A DNA stretch of 64,000 nt from Candidatus Calditenuis fumarioli (GTDB lineage Archaea; Thermoproteota; Nitrososphaeria_A; Caldarchaeales; Calditenuaceae), in NCBI GenBank assembly GCA_030059665.1, contig JANVYR010000002.1:416001-480000 (forward strand), written 5' to 3'. The translations under genes were made by a program, and so were the position numbers. The notes under the pieces are model-generated. The model did not search any database and was not told where the DNA came from. It saw only the letters and a list, made by a program, of their open reading frames with translations. Below, one piece after another: positions 1-10,800 of this stretch (the stretch's first letter is position 1; each line of letters starts with the position of its first letter).

Positions 1-239
1 GACCCGGCGCGATAACCACGACCATGATCTCGATCCGCTCGCTTGGCATCCCCTTAATGGTCATCCCTGTGGCGGTCGTCATGGCCCTGACCTGGGCGGT
101 GCTGGAGCACTCCGAGCTCTTCACGCGATTCCTGGGAAAGGACGGCGCCGACGCTGTGGCTAGGGTGATGGCGGTCTTCATGACCGCGATAGGGGTGGAG
201 TACGTCGTCAGGGGAGCGAGGGAGCTGATCTACGGTTAG
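1..239 (+). CDS. MarC-family membrane protein, 3' part (truncated by window start)
   Basis: C-terminal 'LGKDGADAVARVMAVFMTAIGVEYVVRG' matches the MarC C-terminal helix pattern; the true start is probably upstream of the window. Confidence 0.75.
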   Translation, partial: PGAITTTMISIRSLGIPLMVIPVAVVMALTWAVLEHSELFTRFLGKDGADAVARVMAVFMTAIGVEYVVRGARELIYG

Positions 240-2575
240 GCGCTGATCACGACGATGTTGTGCATTTTCACGAGGTCGTCCTCGAAGGGCTTCAGGTCCT
301 CGGGGACCTTCAACTCTATCGGGTCCCTCAGCGACAGGCCCCGCTCCTTCTTCAATCGCCAGACGTAGCTGTTGAACTCCACGATCCTCTCGGTGTACCT
401 CCACATCTCACCGGGGTCCTGGGGCTCAGGGAAGCGCTCCAGGTGGATGCTCCGGCCGGAGTAGCAGGTCCTCCAGATCACCTCTGTCATGAACGGGATT
501 ATCGGCGCGAGGAGCAGCAGCACGTTCCTCAGAACGGTGTGGAGCGCGTACCACGCGGCCCTTGCTCCCTCCGGGTCGACGTCCTCCGAGAGAGCCCTCG
601 GCTTGGTCATCTCGACGTAGTGGCTCGCGAAGAGGTTCCAGACGAAGTCCCTGATCCTTGTGGCTGGGATGAAGAAGTTGAACTGCCTGTAGCCCTCAAG
701 CGCCTCCGACGCCGTCCTCCAGAGCTCCGATAGGATCCACCTATCAGCAGGCCTCAGCTCCGCGCTTTCCGGCACCGGGAACGAGGAGACGTACCTCGCC
801 ACGTTCCAGAGCTTCGTCAAAAACTTCCCCGCGTCGCTTATCCTCTTCTCCGATATCCTGAAGTCGTACCCGAGGCTCGCCTCCTGCGCCGACCAGAACC
901 TGAAGAAGTCCGCACCGTACTTCTCGAGTATCGGCGCCGGATCTATTATGTTGCCCTTGCTCTTGCTCATCTTCTCGCCGCGCTCATCGAGTCCCATCCC
1001 TCCTATCCAGGCGTACTCAAATGGTAACCTTCCGGTCAGCTGGTAGCAGCGGAGCACGGTGTAGTAAAGCCACGTCCGAACGATGTCCTTCCCCTGGGGC
1101 CTGACGGCGGCCGGGTAGGCCCTCCTGAAGAGGTCCTCGTTCCTCATGTACCCCGAGATGAACAGGGGGGAGATGCTGGAGTCCATCCAGGTGTCGAAGG
1201 TCCTCTCCTCGCCGACGAACTCGGTCCCGCCGCATTTCACGCACCTCTCGAATGGTGCTTTCTCCTTCCAGGGCCTCCAGTACCTGCCCGGCTCGGGGAG
1301 GTGTGGCTCGCCGCAGGACCTGCAGTACCAGACCGGTATCTCCGTTGCGTAGTACCTCCTCCTCGAGATGGGCCAGTCTATCCTGAGGGAGTTGATCCAG
1401 TCGATCAGGAGCTGCCGGTGGAACTCGGGCAGGAACTTCAGCTCCCTCGCGAGCCTCAGCATCTCGTCCCTCATCTGCAGCTGCTTCAGGTAGTACTCCT
1501 CCATCGGTATGATCTCGATGGGCGTGTTGGAGCGCTCGCAGACCGGCACCTCGTGGACTATCCGCTCGACCCGGACCAGCGCTCCCGCCTCCCTCAGCAG
1601 CTCCTTGACCCTCTCCCTCGCCTCCCTGACCCGGAGCCCCGCGAGCGGCCCCGCGTTCCCGTTCATCCTCCCGTCGGTCCCTATCAGGATCCTCTCTTTC
1701 AGCCCCAGCTCCCGGAAGAGCTGAACGTCCATCTGGTCGCCGTAGCTGCAGACCATCAGGACGCCCGTCCCGAAGTCGGGCTTAGCGTATGGGTGCTCGA
1801 GGATCTCCACCTCGTGCCCGTAAATCGGCACCACAGCCCTCCTCCCCCTGAGATGCTTGTACCGCTGGTCCTCTGGGTTGTAGATCAGCGCCGCGCACGC
1901 TCCTATCAGCTCCGGCCTGGTGGTGGCTATAGTCACCTTACCGCCGCCCACGAGCTCGAAGTCGATGTAGAAGAGCTCCGCCTCCTCCTCCCGCGAGTCG
2001 ATGTCGGCGTCCGCGATGGTCGTGCCGCACTCCCAGCAGTAGTTGTTCGGCCTCAGAGCCCGGTAGATCAGGCCCCTCCTGTAGAGCTCGATGAAGGTGG
2101 CCTGGGTCAGGGCCCTGTACTCGGCGGAGTCGGTCCTGTAGTAGCGCTTGAAGTCGCCCGAGAGGCCGAGCCTCTTCATGACCGAGAGCATGTAGGCCTC
2201 GAGCTCGTCCAGGGCCTCGGAGCACATCCTGAGGAACTCCTCCCTGTCCACCTGGAAGATGCTGACGTTCCTGGTTCGCTCGACGTACTTCTCCACCGGT
2301 ATTCCGTTCCTGTCTATCCCGATGGGGAAGTACACCTTGTGACCGAACATCCTCGCGGTCCGGGCGATCATGTCGATCTGGGCGTACTGCGCCGCCGCGC
2401 CGATGTGCCAGGGCTTCCCGGAGGGGTAAGGAGGGGGCGTGTCGATGGTGAAGAGCCTCTCGGCGCTGAAGTCCGGCTCGTAGATCCCCTCCTCCTCCCA
2501 CCACTTCATGACCTCCAGCTCCAGCCTCGGGTCCCACCTGCTCGATTGCAGCTTCGGCTCCCTCCTGGGAGGCAT
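236..2575 (-). CDS. valS: valine--tRNA ligase (archaeal type)
   Basis: 'DTPPPYPSG..WHIGAA' HIGH-like motif, 'KMSKSKGN' motif, editing domain 'IATTRPEL', 'DTWMDSS'. Start placed at ATG 2575 (MPPRREPK); the first 69 aa of the ORF track overlap the divergent gene. Confidence 0.95.
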   Translation of the reverse strand: MPPRREPKLQSSRWDPRLELEVMKWWEEEGIYEPDFSAERLFTIDTPPPYPSGKPWHIGAAAQYAQIDMIARTARMFGHKVYFPIGIDRNGIPVEKYVERTRNVSIFQVDREEFLRMCSEALDELEAYMLSVMKRLGLSGDFKRYYRTDSAEYRALTQATFIELYRRGLIYRALRPNNYCWECGTTIADADIDSREEEAELFYIDFELVGGGKVTIATTRPELIGACAALIYNPEDQRYKHLRGRRAVVPIYGHEVEILEHPYAKPDFGTGVLMVCSYGDQMDVQLFRELGLKERILIGTDGRMNGNAGPLAGLRVREARERVKELLREAGALVRVERIVHEVPVCERSNTPIEIIPMEEYYLKQLQMRDEMLRLARELKFLPEFHRQLLIDWINSLRIDWPISRRRYYATEIPVWYCRSCGEPHLPEPGRYWRPWKEKAPFERCVKCGGTEFVGEERTFDTWMDSSISPLFISGYMRNEDLFRRAYPAAVRPQGKDIVRTWLYYTVLRCYQLTGRLPFEYAWIGGMGLDERGEKMSKSKGNIIDPAPILEKYGADFFRFWSAQEASLGYDFRISEKRISDAGKFLTKLWNVARYVSSFPVPESAELRPADRWILSELWRTASEALEGYRQFNFFIPATRIRDFVWNLFASHYVEMTKPRALSEDVDPEGARAAWYALHTVLRNVLLLLAPIIPFMTEVIWRTCYSGRSIHLERFPEPQDPGEMWRYTERIVEFNSYVWRLKKERGLSLRDPIELKVPEDLKPFEDDLVKMHNIVVISA

Positions 2576-2663
2576 GATCCCGTCAGAGCAGATTCCAGGG
2601 AAATTTAAGCCCCAACGCGGGCTTTTCCGCCGAGGTGGGGTTATCTCCGAGGGCGCGGGCCTG

Positions 2664-3071
2664 TTGCCGGTGAAAGAGGAGGAGTTCGTGGAGCACCAGC
2701 TGAGGAGCCTCAGGGACATGCTCCCCGTTAGGAAGTGCTCCATCGAGGAGCTGCTGAGGAGCGAGGACCCGAAGGTGCCCACGCTCGGAGGAGGGCATCA
2801 CAGGTTCTCGAGGCGCTCGGTCGAGGCGGCCGCTTCTGCGATCCCGAGGGACCTCTGGTCCGTGCCCCTCTTCCCGATCACCTTCTCCTCGGGCGAGGAG
2901 CTGGGCAGGGGCGTCGTGGTCATCAGGAACAAGGCGGAGGCCGTCGCCTTCGCGAGGATGATGGGTCTGTCCGAGCTGCCGAGGACCCCTGAGGGCCACC
3001 ATTACACCTACAAGGTGCTCGTCATCGACTTCATGCGCAGGTACCCCTCGCTCGGCGTGCTCTCGGTTTAG
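2664..3071 (+). CDS. DUF61/UPF0216-like conserved archaeal protein
   Basis: 'LRDMLPVRKCSIEELLRSEDPKVPTLGGGHHRF' resembles DUF61; start uncertain (TTG 2664 or GTG 2670). Confidence 0.6.
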   Translation: MPVKEEEFVEHQLRSLRDMLPVRKCSIEELLRSEDPKVPTLGGGHHRFSRRSVEAAASAIPRDLWSVPLFPITFSSGEELGRGVVVIRNKAEAVAFARMMGLSELPRTPEGHHYTYKVLVIDFMRRYPSLGVLSV

Positions 3072-3124
3072 GTCCCGCTTCCGGGATGAAACCTTAAGAC
3101 CTCGGGGCTGGATGTCCTCACGGA

Positions 3125-6022
3125 TTGAGCGCGAGGGTGCCGCTTCAGAAGGTAGGGCCGAACGTCTGGGTGATCCCGAAGAGCTACAGGCAGGACATGC
3201 GCGTGCCGGTGTACGTCTTCGCCTCGGAGAAGCTGCTGGAGAAGATGACCACCGACAGGACGCTGATACAGGGCGTCAACGTCGCCACCCTTCCCGGGGT
3301 CCAGAAGCACGTGGCGGTCCTTCCCGATGCGCACGAGGGTTACGGCTTCCCGATCGGCGGCGTGGCCGCGATGGATGCAACCGAGGGCGTGATATCACCG
3401 GGAGGTGTGGGATACGACATCAACTGCCTTCCGGCCGGAACCATGGTGCTGACGAGTCTGGGATACAGAATTCCCATTGAGAGGTTCACGGGAGACGAGG
3501 AGGTCGTCTGCGTCAACCAGAAGCGCTCGGTACCCGCAGGGATCGTCTTCGTCATAAAGAAGGGGAGGGACCGGTTGCTCAGGATAAGGACGAAATCCCG
3601 CTTCGTCCTGACCGCAACCCCGGACCACCCCGTGCTGACGCCGGACGGCATGAAACCGCTCGAGGAGATAAGGCCGGGAGAGAGGATCGCGCTCTTCCCC
3701 TTCGAGGGCGTTGAGTATGAAGACCCCGGGGACCGCGTAATCCTTGACGAGACCGATCTGCCGGAAAACGTCAGGTCCGAGCTGAAGAAGAGGGGGCTGC
3801 TGCCGCTGAGGCTCGATAACCCCAAGCTCCCCTACCTAGCGAGGCTTCTGGGCTACTTCACCGGCGACGGCACTTTCGACGGCAAAGCCACCGTGTTCTA
3901 CGGCAGCGCGGAGGGACTGGAGGAGATCAGGAGGGACATAGAACTGCTCGGCTACAGGCCCTCGAGGGTCCTCACCCGCAGGAGGCAATCCGTCATCAAC
4001 GGCAGGAAGTTCATAGGCGTTGAGGGGTCGGTGCGGGTGAGCTCCAGAAGCTTTACCGAGCTCCTGAAGCGCCTGGGTGCTCCCGATGGCAAGAAGACTG
4101 ACGTGGAGTTCCTCGTACCTCGCTGGATCCTCGCAGCACCCAGATGGATAAAGAGGCTCTACCTCGCGGGACTATTCGGTGCGGAGCTGAACAAACCCCA
4201 GACGGTGAACGGATACAACTTCGAGGTACCGCAGCTGACGCTGAGCAAGAGACCTGATTTGGAGCTCAACGGCCGGTTGTTCCTAGAGCAGATAGCAGAG
4301 CTTCTTAGGGAACTCGGGGTCGAGACGACGAGCATAGTTGCGGCACAGGAGGGGAGGTGCGTGAGACTCAGGCTCCTCATCTCCGAGAGGCCTGAAAACC
4401 TGATCAGGTTGTGGGGCAGGGTCGGGTACGAGTACAATCCCCAGCGACGAAGGCTTGCGCTGGCTGCCGTCGTCTGGCTCAGGCTCAAGCAAAGCGTCAT
4501 CGACCTGAGGATGAGAGCGCAGGAGGTTGCGATCGCGATGGCGGCCGATGGAGCCACGGTAAGTGAGATCCGAGAGGCCCTCACCAGCGAGTTCGTCAAC
4601 GAGAGGTACCTGGAGAGATCCGTCTATGAGGGTCGTGAAGACGCTCCCAGGGTTCCGAGGGGCTTCCCGAGGTTCGAGGACTGGGCTGAGCTGCACCTCG
4701 ATGGCGACATAGTGTGGGACGAGGTCGATTCGGTAGAGGAGGCTGGCGAGGTCGACGAGGTCTACGACTTGACCGTCGCCAACTCCGGACACAGCTTCAT
4801 CGCTGACGGATTCGTGGTCTCTAACTGCGGCGTCAGGCTCATGGTGACGAACCTGACCGAGAAGGAGGTGAGGCCGAAGATCGTGGAGCTGATCAACGTG
4901 ATCTTCCGGAACGTCCCCGCAGGCCTCGGCTCCCGGAGGAAGGACTTCGTCTTCAGCATGTCGGACCTCGACAGGGTGGCGCTGGAGGGCGCGAGGTACA
5001 TCATCGAGAGGTACGGCCTCGGGTGGCCGGAGGACTACAAGCACATAGAGGAGGAGGGGAGGTATCCGAGGTACAAGACGGGCGACATCCCAGATCCGGA
5101 CCCGAGCGTCGTCTCCAGGGAGGCGAAGAGCAGGGGCCTCGACCAGATAGGCACGCTGGGCAGCGGGAACCACTTCCTCGAGGTCCAGAAGGTCGACAGG
5201 ATCTTCGACAGGGAGGCCGCCAGGAGGATGGGGATCTACGAGGAGGGCCAGATAACGATACTGATCCACTGCGGCAGCAGGGGCTACGGTCACCAGATCT
5301 GCAGCGACTACCTCAGGGTGATGGAGCGGGCCGTCCACAAGTACAACCTGAGGCTCCCGGACAGGGAGCTGGCCTGCACCCCGGCGAGCAGCCCCGAGGC
5401 CACCATGTACCTGAAGGCCTTCGGATGCGCTGTGAACTTCGCCTTCGCGAACAGGCAGGCGATCAGCCACTGGGTCCGACAGAGCTTCGAGCAGGTCTTC
5501 AAGAGGCCGGCTGAGGAGATGGAGATGAAGATCGTCTACGACGTCTGCCACAACATCGTCAAGCTCGAGAGGCACAAGATCGACGGCGAGACCAGGGACG
5601 TCTTCGTCCACAGGAAGGGAGCGACCCGGAGCTTCCCGGGGAACACGCCGTACTACAGCGACATGATACCTGCTGATTACAGGGACCTGGGCCAGCCGGT
5701 CTTCGTGCCGGGGAGCATGGGGACCGCCAGCTGGGTCCTGCTCGGTCAGCCGGGATCCCTGGAGCTCACCTTCGGCAGCAGCGTTCACGGTGCGGGGAGG
5801 CAGATGAGCAGGGCCGGCGCGAAGCGGCAGTACAGGGGCGACATGGTCGTCAAGGCCCTCGAGAGCAAGGGGATCTACGTCAAGGGCGACACGATGGACA
5901 CGATCGTCGAGGAGGTCCCCGAGGCCTACAAGAACCCGGACGACGTCGTAGAGGTGGCCCACTCGGTGGGCATCAGCACCAAGGTCGCCCGGCTGGTGCC
6001 GATAGGCGTGGTAAAGGGCTGA
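3125..6022 (+). CDS. rtcB: RNA-splicing ligase RtcB, intein-containing
   Basis: 'LPDAHEGYGFPIGGV', 'GVGYDIN|CGVRL', 'GTLGSGNHFLEVQ', 'YDVCHN', 'HRKGATR', 'HGAGRQMSR', 'EEVPEAYK' are RtcB motifs. Confidence 0.97.
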   Translation: MSARVPLQKVGPNVWVIPKSYRQDMRVPVYVFASEKLLEKMTTDRTLIQGVNVATLPGVQKHVAVLPDAHEGYGFPIGGVAAMDATEGVISPGGVGYDINCLPAGTMVLTSLGYRIPIERFTGDEEVVCVNQKRSVPAGIVFVIKKGRDRLLRIRTKSRFVLTATPDHPVLTPDGMKPLEEIRPGERIALFPFEGVEYEDPGDRVILDETDLPENVRSELKKRGLLPLRLDNPKLPYLARLLGYFTGDGTFDGKATVFYGSAEGLEEIRRDIELLGYRPSRVLTRRRQSVINGRKFIGVEGSVRVSSRSFTELLKRLGAPDGKKTDVEFLVPRWILAAPRWIKRLYLAGLFGAELNKPQTVNGYNFEVPQLTLSKRPDLELNGRLFLEQIAELLRELGVETTSIVAAQEGRCVRLRLLISERPENLIRLWGRVGYEYNPQRRRLALAAVVWLRLKQSVIDLRMRAQEVAIAMAADGATVSEIREALTSEFVNERYLERSVYEGREDAPRVPRGFPRFEDWAELHLDGDIVWDEVDSVEEAGEVDEVYDLTVANSGHSFIADGFVVSNCGVRLMVTNLTEKEVRPKIVELINVIFRNVPAGLGSRRKDFVFSMSDLDRVALEGARYIIERYGLGWPEDYKHIEEEGRYPRYKTGDIPDPDPSVVSREAKSRGLDQIGTLGSGNHFLEVQKVDRIFDREAARRMGIYEEGQITILIHCGSRGYGHQICSDYLRVMERAVHKYNLRLPDRELACTPASSPEATMYLKAFGCAVNFAFANRQAISHWVRQSFEQVFKRPAEEMEMKIVYDVCHNIVKLERHKIDGETRDVFVHRKGATRSFPGNTPYYSDMIPADYRDLGQPVFVPGSMGTASWVLLGQPGSLELTFGSSVHGAGRQMSRAGAKRQYRGDMVVKALESKGIYVKGDTMDTIVEEVPEAYKNPDDVVEVAHSVGISTKVARLVPIGVVKG
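3425..4825 (+). mobile_element. intein (467 aa) with LAGLIDADG homing-endonuclease domain
   Basis: Begins CLPAGT after GYDIN and ends VYDLTV...FIADGFVVSN before Cys+1; LAGLIDADG-like blocks 'LLGYFTGDG' and 'YLAGLFGAE'. Confidence 0.95.
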
Positions 6023-6024
6023 GG

Positions 6025-6750
6025 TTGAGGTTAGGTCGCCGCTCCTTCCTGGCAGGCTCTGTCATTGCGATCGCTTCCTTCGCGGGCGTCCTCTCGACCC
6101 AGCTGACGTACGAGCTGCAGATCACGAGGCTGAGGGTGGACCTCGGAGGGAGGCTCGCCTTCGTGCCGGACCTGCACTACCATCGGCCCAGCGAGGGTCA
6201 CGTGAGGAATTTGCTCGAGGCCCTGGATCGGGAGGACCCAGACGCGGTCGTGCTCGCAGGAGACGTGGTGGACGAGGAGACGTCTGACGTCGAGAGCCTC
6301 GGGAGCGTCCTGAGCCGGATCGAGTCGGACCTGAAGCTGGCGGTGCTGGGGAACCACGACTACTGGAGCGGCAAAGCAGGGGAGGTCGCTTCGATGCTGC
6401 GGGGGCACGGCTTCCGCGTTTTGCTCGACGATCTGGTCGAGACACCGATCGGTAAGGTCTACGGCTTCGACTGGCGTGAGGACAGGCGGTACCGGCCCGT
6501 GATGGTGGATGGGATCGTCATCGCCCATGACCCCAACGCCGCCGACAGCGTCTCCGGGAACGCGCTGGTCCTTGCGGGTCACACCCACGGCGGCTTCTCG
6601 ATCGGAGGCTTGACGCTCTACTCGAACTCGAGGTACAGCAGGGGCCTCTACGAGCTGGGAAGCGTGAGGCTGTACGTCTCGAGGGGCGTCGGGCAGATGA
6701 CGCACCAGATCCGGATAAACTCGCCGCCTGAGCTGCTGATCGTCGAGTAG
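6025..6750 (+). CDS. calcineurin-like metallophosphoesterase (YkuE-like) with twin-Arg-type N-terminus
   Basis: DLH, AGD, GNHD, AHDP, GHTHGG and VSRGVG motifs; N-terminal 'GRRSFL'. Confidence 0.9.
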   Translation: MRLGRRSFLAGSVIAIASFAGVLSTQLTYELQITRLRVDLGGRLAFVPDLHYHRPSEGHVRNLLEALDREDPDAVVLAGDVVDEETSDVESLGSVLSRIESDLKLAVLGNHDYWSGKAGEVASMLRGHGFRVLLDDLVETPIGKVYGFDWREDRRYRPVMVDGIVIAHDPNAADSVSGNALVLAGHTHGGFSIGGLTLYSNSRYSRGLYELGSVRLYVSRGVGQMTHQIRINSPPELLIVE

Positions 6751-6873
6751 GAGCGATGCCGTCGAAACATCGTTGGGAGATCATCCCGTATGTAGTCTGG
6801 CCGCAAGAGTCCGCCGGGAAGAGGGCCTCCCGAGAACCGAGTCACACACCAGTCTGACCAGCTATTCCGTGTA

Positions 6874-7353
6874 TTGGACTCCTGTGACCGATTTAGTAGG
6901 GAAAGCTCATATGATGCACCAGCGGCCCTTACACGTGGATTGGGCGAGGGAAGTGTAAGTCCGTTGGGGGAGAAGGTCCGCCAGAAGCTTACGGTGGACG
7001 AAAGCACGCTGCTTGATGACCACCTCGACAGGCTGAGCAGGTTCATCGGTCTCACCGCGGACGGCAAGGTCGTCTTCAAGGTCGACAAGGGCGCGTTGAC
7101 CCAGAGACATCTCATCCTGCTGTACGCGATCGGGAAGTACCTCGCCCACGAGGCGGGTTATGCGAAGGAGCCTTATGTTACGGTCGAGGAGTTGATGGAC
7201 GAGCTGGGGTTCGACATCCGCGTGGTCTCTGCCAGGTGCTCAGAGCTGAAACGCGAGGGGCTTTTGGTCTCGCCCGAGAGGGGCAAGTACAGGGCCCTGA
7301 TACGTCCGGCGATCGAGAAGGTGCTCGCGGAGTTGAGGGAGACATCTCGATGA
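6874..7353 (+). CDS. hypothetical protein with C-terminal winged-helix-like domain (start probably downstream of 6874)
   Basis: 'VTVEELMDELGFDIRVVSARCSELKREGLLVSPERGKY' has a wHTH pattern. Confidence 0.6.
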   Translation: MDSCDRFSRESSYDAPAALTRGLGEGSVSPLGEKVRQKLTVDESTLLDDHLDRLSRFIGLTADGKVVFKVDKGALTQRHLILLYAIGKYLAHEAGYAKEPYVTVEELMDELGFDIRVVSARCSELKREGLLVSPERGKYRALIRPAIEKVLAELRETSR

Positions 7354-7428
7354 CGCGAGGCAAAAGGAACAAGGGGGAACGGCCAGGCAGTACGCAAGGC
7401 TGATGGGGCACCGGGCATAACTTCTGAT

Positions 7429-7878
7429 GTGGGCAGGGTTTACCTCGCTCTGCCACCGAGGGTCAAGGTCCTCGAGGCCCTGGGCGCGGTGGCCGGAGGA
7501 AGGGTCGAGCTCCTCTCGGAGAAAGAGGCGCGTGTCAGGTCATCGGAGGGCGACAGGGTCTACCGGATCGTCGTCGACCTGGAGAGCGGCGAGGTGATCT
7601 CGGACGACAACGGGACCGTGTACCGGAACTACGTCGGCTACCCGATCATCGCCGTCCTGATGAAGCTGGGGAGGCTGCCGTACGACGAAAAGTTGGCCCG
7701 GCACCTGGCCGACGTCAGGTGGCGCACCATGAACGAGAGGTACCGGAGCTACAGGCTGGTGGAGCGGGAAATTGCTCGGATGCTCAGGTCAGCGGGGATC
7801 GAGTGGTCTGAAGTCGAGGGGTTCGTCGAGATGGTCCTCCGTCAGCTGGGCGACATGAACCTCTGGAAGCGCGGTTGA
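7429..7878 (+). CDS. conserved archaeal hypothetical protein
   Basis: 149-aa ORF with globular composition ('KVLEALGAVAGGRV...SDDNGTVYRNYVGYPIIAVLM'); converges on the helicase gene. Confidence 0.65.
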   Translation: MGRVYLALPPRVKVLEALGAVAGGRVELLSEKEARVRSSEGDRVYRIVVDLESGEVISDDNGTVYRNYVGYPIIAVLMKLGRLPYDEKLARHLADVRWRTMNERYRSYRLVEREIARMLRSAGIEWSEVEGFVEMVLRQLGDMNLWKRG

Positions 7879-7881
7879 GGG

Positions 7882-10800
7882 TCAGGCGACGTTCTCCAAC
7901 GGGTCCACCACGAGGCTCAGGAGGTACAGCGCCCTCAGCTCCCTCCTCGCGAGCTCCTCCAGCTTCCGGCCCGCGCTGTGCAGCAGCCTCTCCCTCCAAC
8001 CCCTCCTCGAGGTGGAGACCGAGAGGGCCCTCATCAGGACGTCTATCGAGGTCGTCGCGCTGCCCTCTCCCTCCCAAGTCAGGCCCGAGACGACGTCGGT
8101 GAGCGTGACGCTCTCGCCCAGTTGCCTCGCCGCGAGCACCGCGAGGTCCACCACCAGCCCCTCCTCCATCAGCCCGGAGAGCTTGGCCCTCAGGGACCTC
8201 ATCCCTAGCTTGGAGAGCTCCTCGAGCATCGCGTCGAAGTCGAAGACGTAGATCCTGAAGCCCTGGTCGACGAGCTTGGAGATCAGCGCCGATGACTGGA
8301 GGTAGGCCTCGTCGGGCTCCTCACCCTCGGCTTTGATGCCGACGGGGACCCTGAAGTTCTCGCCGTCGAAGACGGCCACGCTGTAGAGCGATCCTCCGGT
8401 GCCGGAGACCGTAGCGAGCCCCTGCTCACCGAGCTGGAAGGAGTACGTGATCACCACGGCCCTCCGCAGGGCCCTGCTGGGGAGTGGCAGGACGCGCTCC
8501 TTCCCCATGAATTGCACCCTGATCCTCTTGGTAGCGAGCACCCTCTCAACGATGTGGACGGCGCTCCTCCTCGCGACCTCCCAGTCCATCCCCCTCGCGG
8601 TCAAGGTCGAGTAGGCGTACTCGTTCACCGCCTCGAGGAGGGCCTCGTCGAGGCCGTCGGGCTGGTAGCCCTCCAGCAGCTCCTTAAGCCGCATCCAGTC
8701 GATGTGCTCCAGCAGCCCCGCGGACTCCGTCTCGTGGATCGCGACGAACTTCCGCTCGCCTGCGATGACGACGTCGTACTTGATCGTCTCCAGCGGCACC
8801 AGAAGGGCCCTCCTCAGCACCAGCTCGATGAAGGCAGCGCCGAGCCTGAGGTGATCGGGATCGTTTCTCGGGTCGACCTCCACCAGCATTCCGTAGGTGT
8901 AGTCGCTGTACACCCCATCCGTCAGGGCCGGTACCACGATCGTCTTCGTCTCTCTCGTCACCACCGTGAGGTCCTCCCTCAGCCTCACCACCCTCGGCCT
9001 CCTTCCCTGGAGTATCCATATCGCCCTGTTCGGGATCTTGTAGTACCTGCCGAACCTCTCGGGTGGCTTCACGACGCACAGCACCTCGCTGTGGAGGAGC
9101 CCTGCCCTGTAGTCGCCGACCACGTTCGGCTGCTGGCCCCACTTCCTGACGGTGGACGTGTACTCCTCGAGGACGTACTGGAGCGGCTCGTACCTCCTCA
9201 AGGTGGACTCGCTGAGGTCCTCCACGATGACGCCCGTCACCACCTTCCCTCCCGAGCTGGGCCTGCTGAAGCCGGTGACGATGCCGTCGGAGGTGTAGTC
9301 GATGCAGCCGATCTGGAACTTCTCGACCAGGTCGACGTGCGATATCTCCTCGAGGTACTGCTCTCCGTCCCTCGTCCTCCGGATCCGCTTTATCCCGAAG
9401 GGCGGAGCGAACTCGTAGAAGTTCATCTTGAGGAGGGCCTTCTTGCCGGCGTCGTTCAGGCGAAGCCCCTCCCTCAGGCCCAGCTCCTCGAGCAGCTCGA
9501 GCTCCTCCTTCGATGCCTGCTTCGCGGTCACGGGGCTTGAAAGCTTGAGGAGGCCCTTGACCAGGGTGACGTACTTGTTGGCCGGGTTGACCATCACCCT
9601 CTCCCTCGGAAGCTGGAGCCACGAGATCAGCGCGTCGAGCCCCCTCCTGAGCAGATTGTAGTCCCACGAGCTCGAGGGGAAGATCACCGTCTCGGTCCGC
9701 TCTATCCCCTCCCTCCTGCCCTTCCTCCCCTCCTTCTGGAGGAACTCCCTCAGCGACTCGGGGAGGCCGATGTGCACCGTCCTGATCACGGTCCCGATGT
9801 CGATCCCCTGCGCGAGCGTCCTCGGCGATATCAGCACCTTCACCTCCCCTTTCCTCGTTTTCTCCTCGATCTCCTCCCTCAGGCTCTTGCTGAGCAGATG
9901 GTGGTGCGACGCGACCCTGTCCCCGACCCTCTCCCTGAGGAGCCTGGCTATCTCCTCCGCCCTCGAGATGCTCCTCGTGAAGACCAGCGTGAGGCCGTCG
10001 TCGTTCGCGTACCTCTCCAGCACGTCCAGGTAGCTGTGCACGGGCTCGTCGACCTCGATGCCGGCAGCCCTGGCGACCTCGATGACCTTGTACAGGTTAC
10101 GCCTTAAGGCGTCGTAGTCGTCCAGCGCAGACAGCACGTCCGCACCTGCACCAGCCTGGACGAGCCTCTCCCGCTCGGTCCTCAACCTCTCCCATAGCCT
10201 CCTCAGATCCCTCCCGAGGACGACGAAGGTGTGGTTGGTAGGGCTGAAGGCGTCTCCGTCGATCACCTCAGTCTCCAGCCCCGTGACCTCCGTCAGGTAG
10301 CTGGCCAGCTCGTCGGCGTTCTTCAGCATCGCGGTGGTCACCACGAACCTCACCGCGGGTGCGATCGACTCCCTGAGGAGGGATATCATGGCCAGCAGTA
10401 TCGCGAGAGACCTGGGGCCGTAGAAGTCGAGGTCGTCGATCACCATCAGGTCCATCTTCTCCAGGAAACCGCGAAGGAGGGACGCCTTGGCGGAGTACAT
10501 CCTCTTCAGCTCGTTCAGCAGGAAGGCGGGATTCGTGACCACGAAGTCGGCCGATGCTACCTCGCCCCTGAGCCTGGCGTAGTCCTGACGTCCGGAGAGC
10601 TCCGACTTCCTCGGCGCGTCCACGATCACCACCTTCTTGCCCAGAGCCTCCGAGTAGGCCCTCAGCCTCCTGACCTGGTCGTTGGAGAGCGCTAGCGTCG
10701 GGTAGACCGCCAGTGCCCTCAGACCGGCCTTAGCCGCGTAGACGAACCAGGCCTCGGTCTTCCCTGATCCAGTGCCTGATCTGAGGATGACGTTCTTTCC

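Noticed and set aside
1301-2608. Long antisense/shadow ORFs (for example 1301-2608, 4283-5962, 8512-9540, 16153-17373, 12553-13482)
   Set aside because: They overlap well-supported genes on the opposite strand and are expected from GC-rich codon bias; no motifs.
6750-6990. Possible structured ncRNA in the gap after the phosphoesterase gene
   Set aside because: Only a short 5-bp hairpin; no SRP, RNase P or C/D-box hallmarks recognised.
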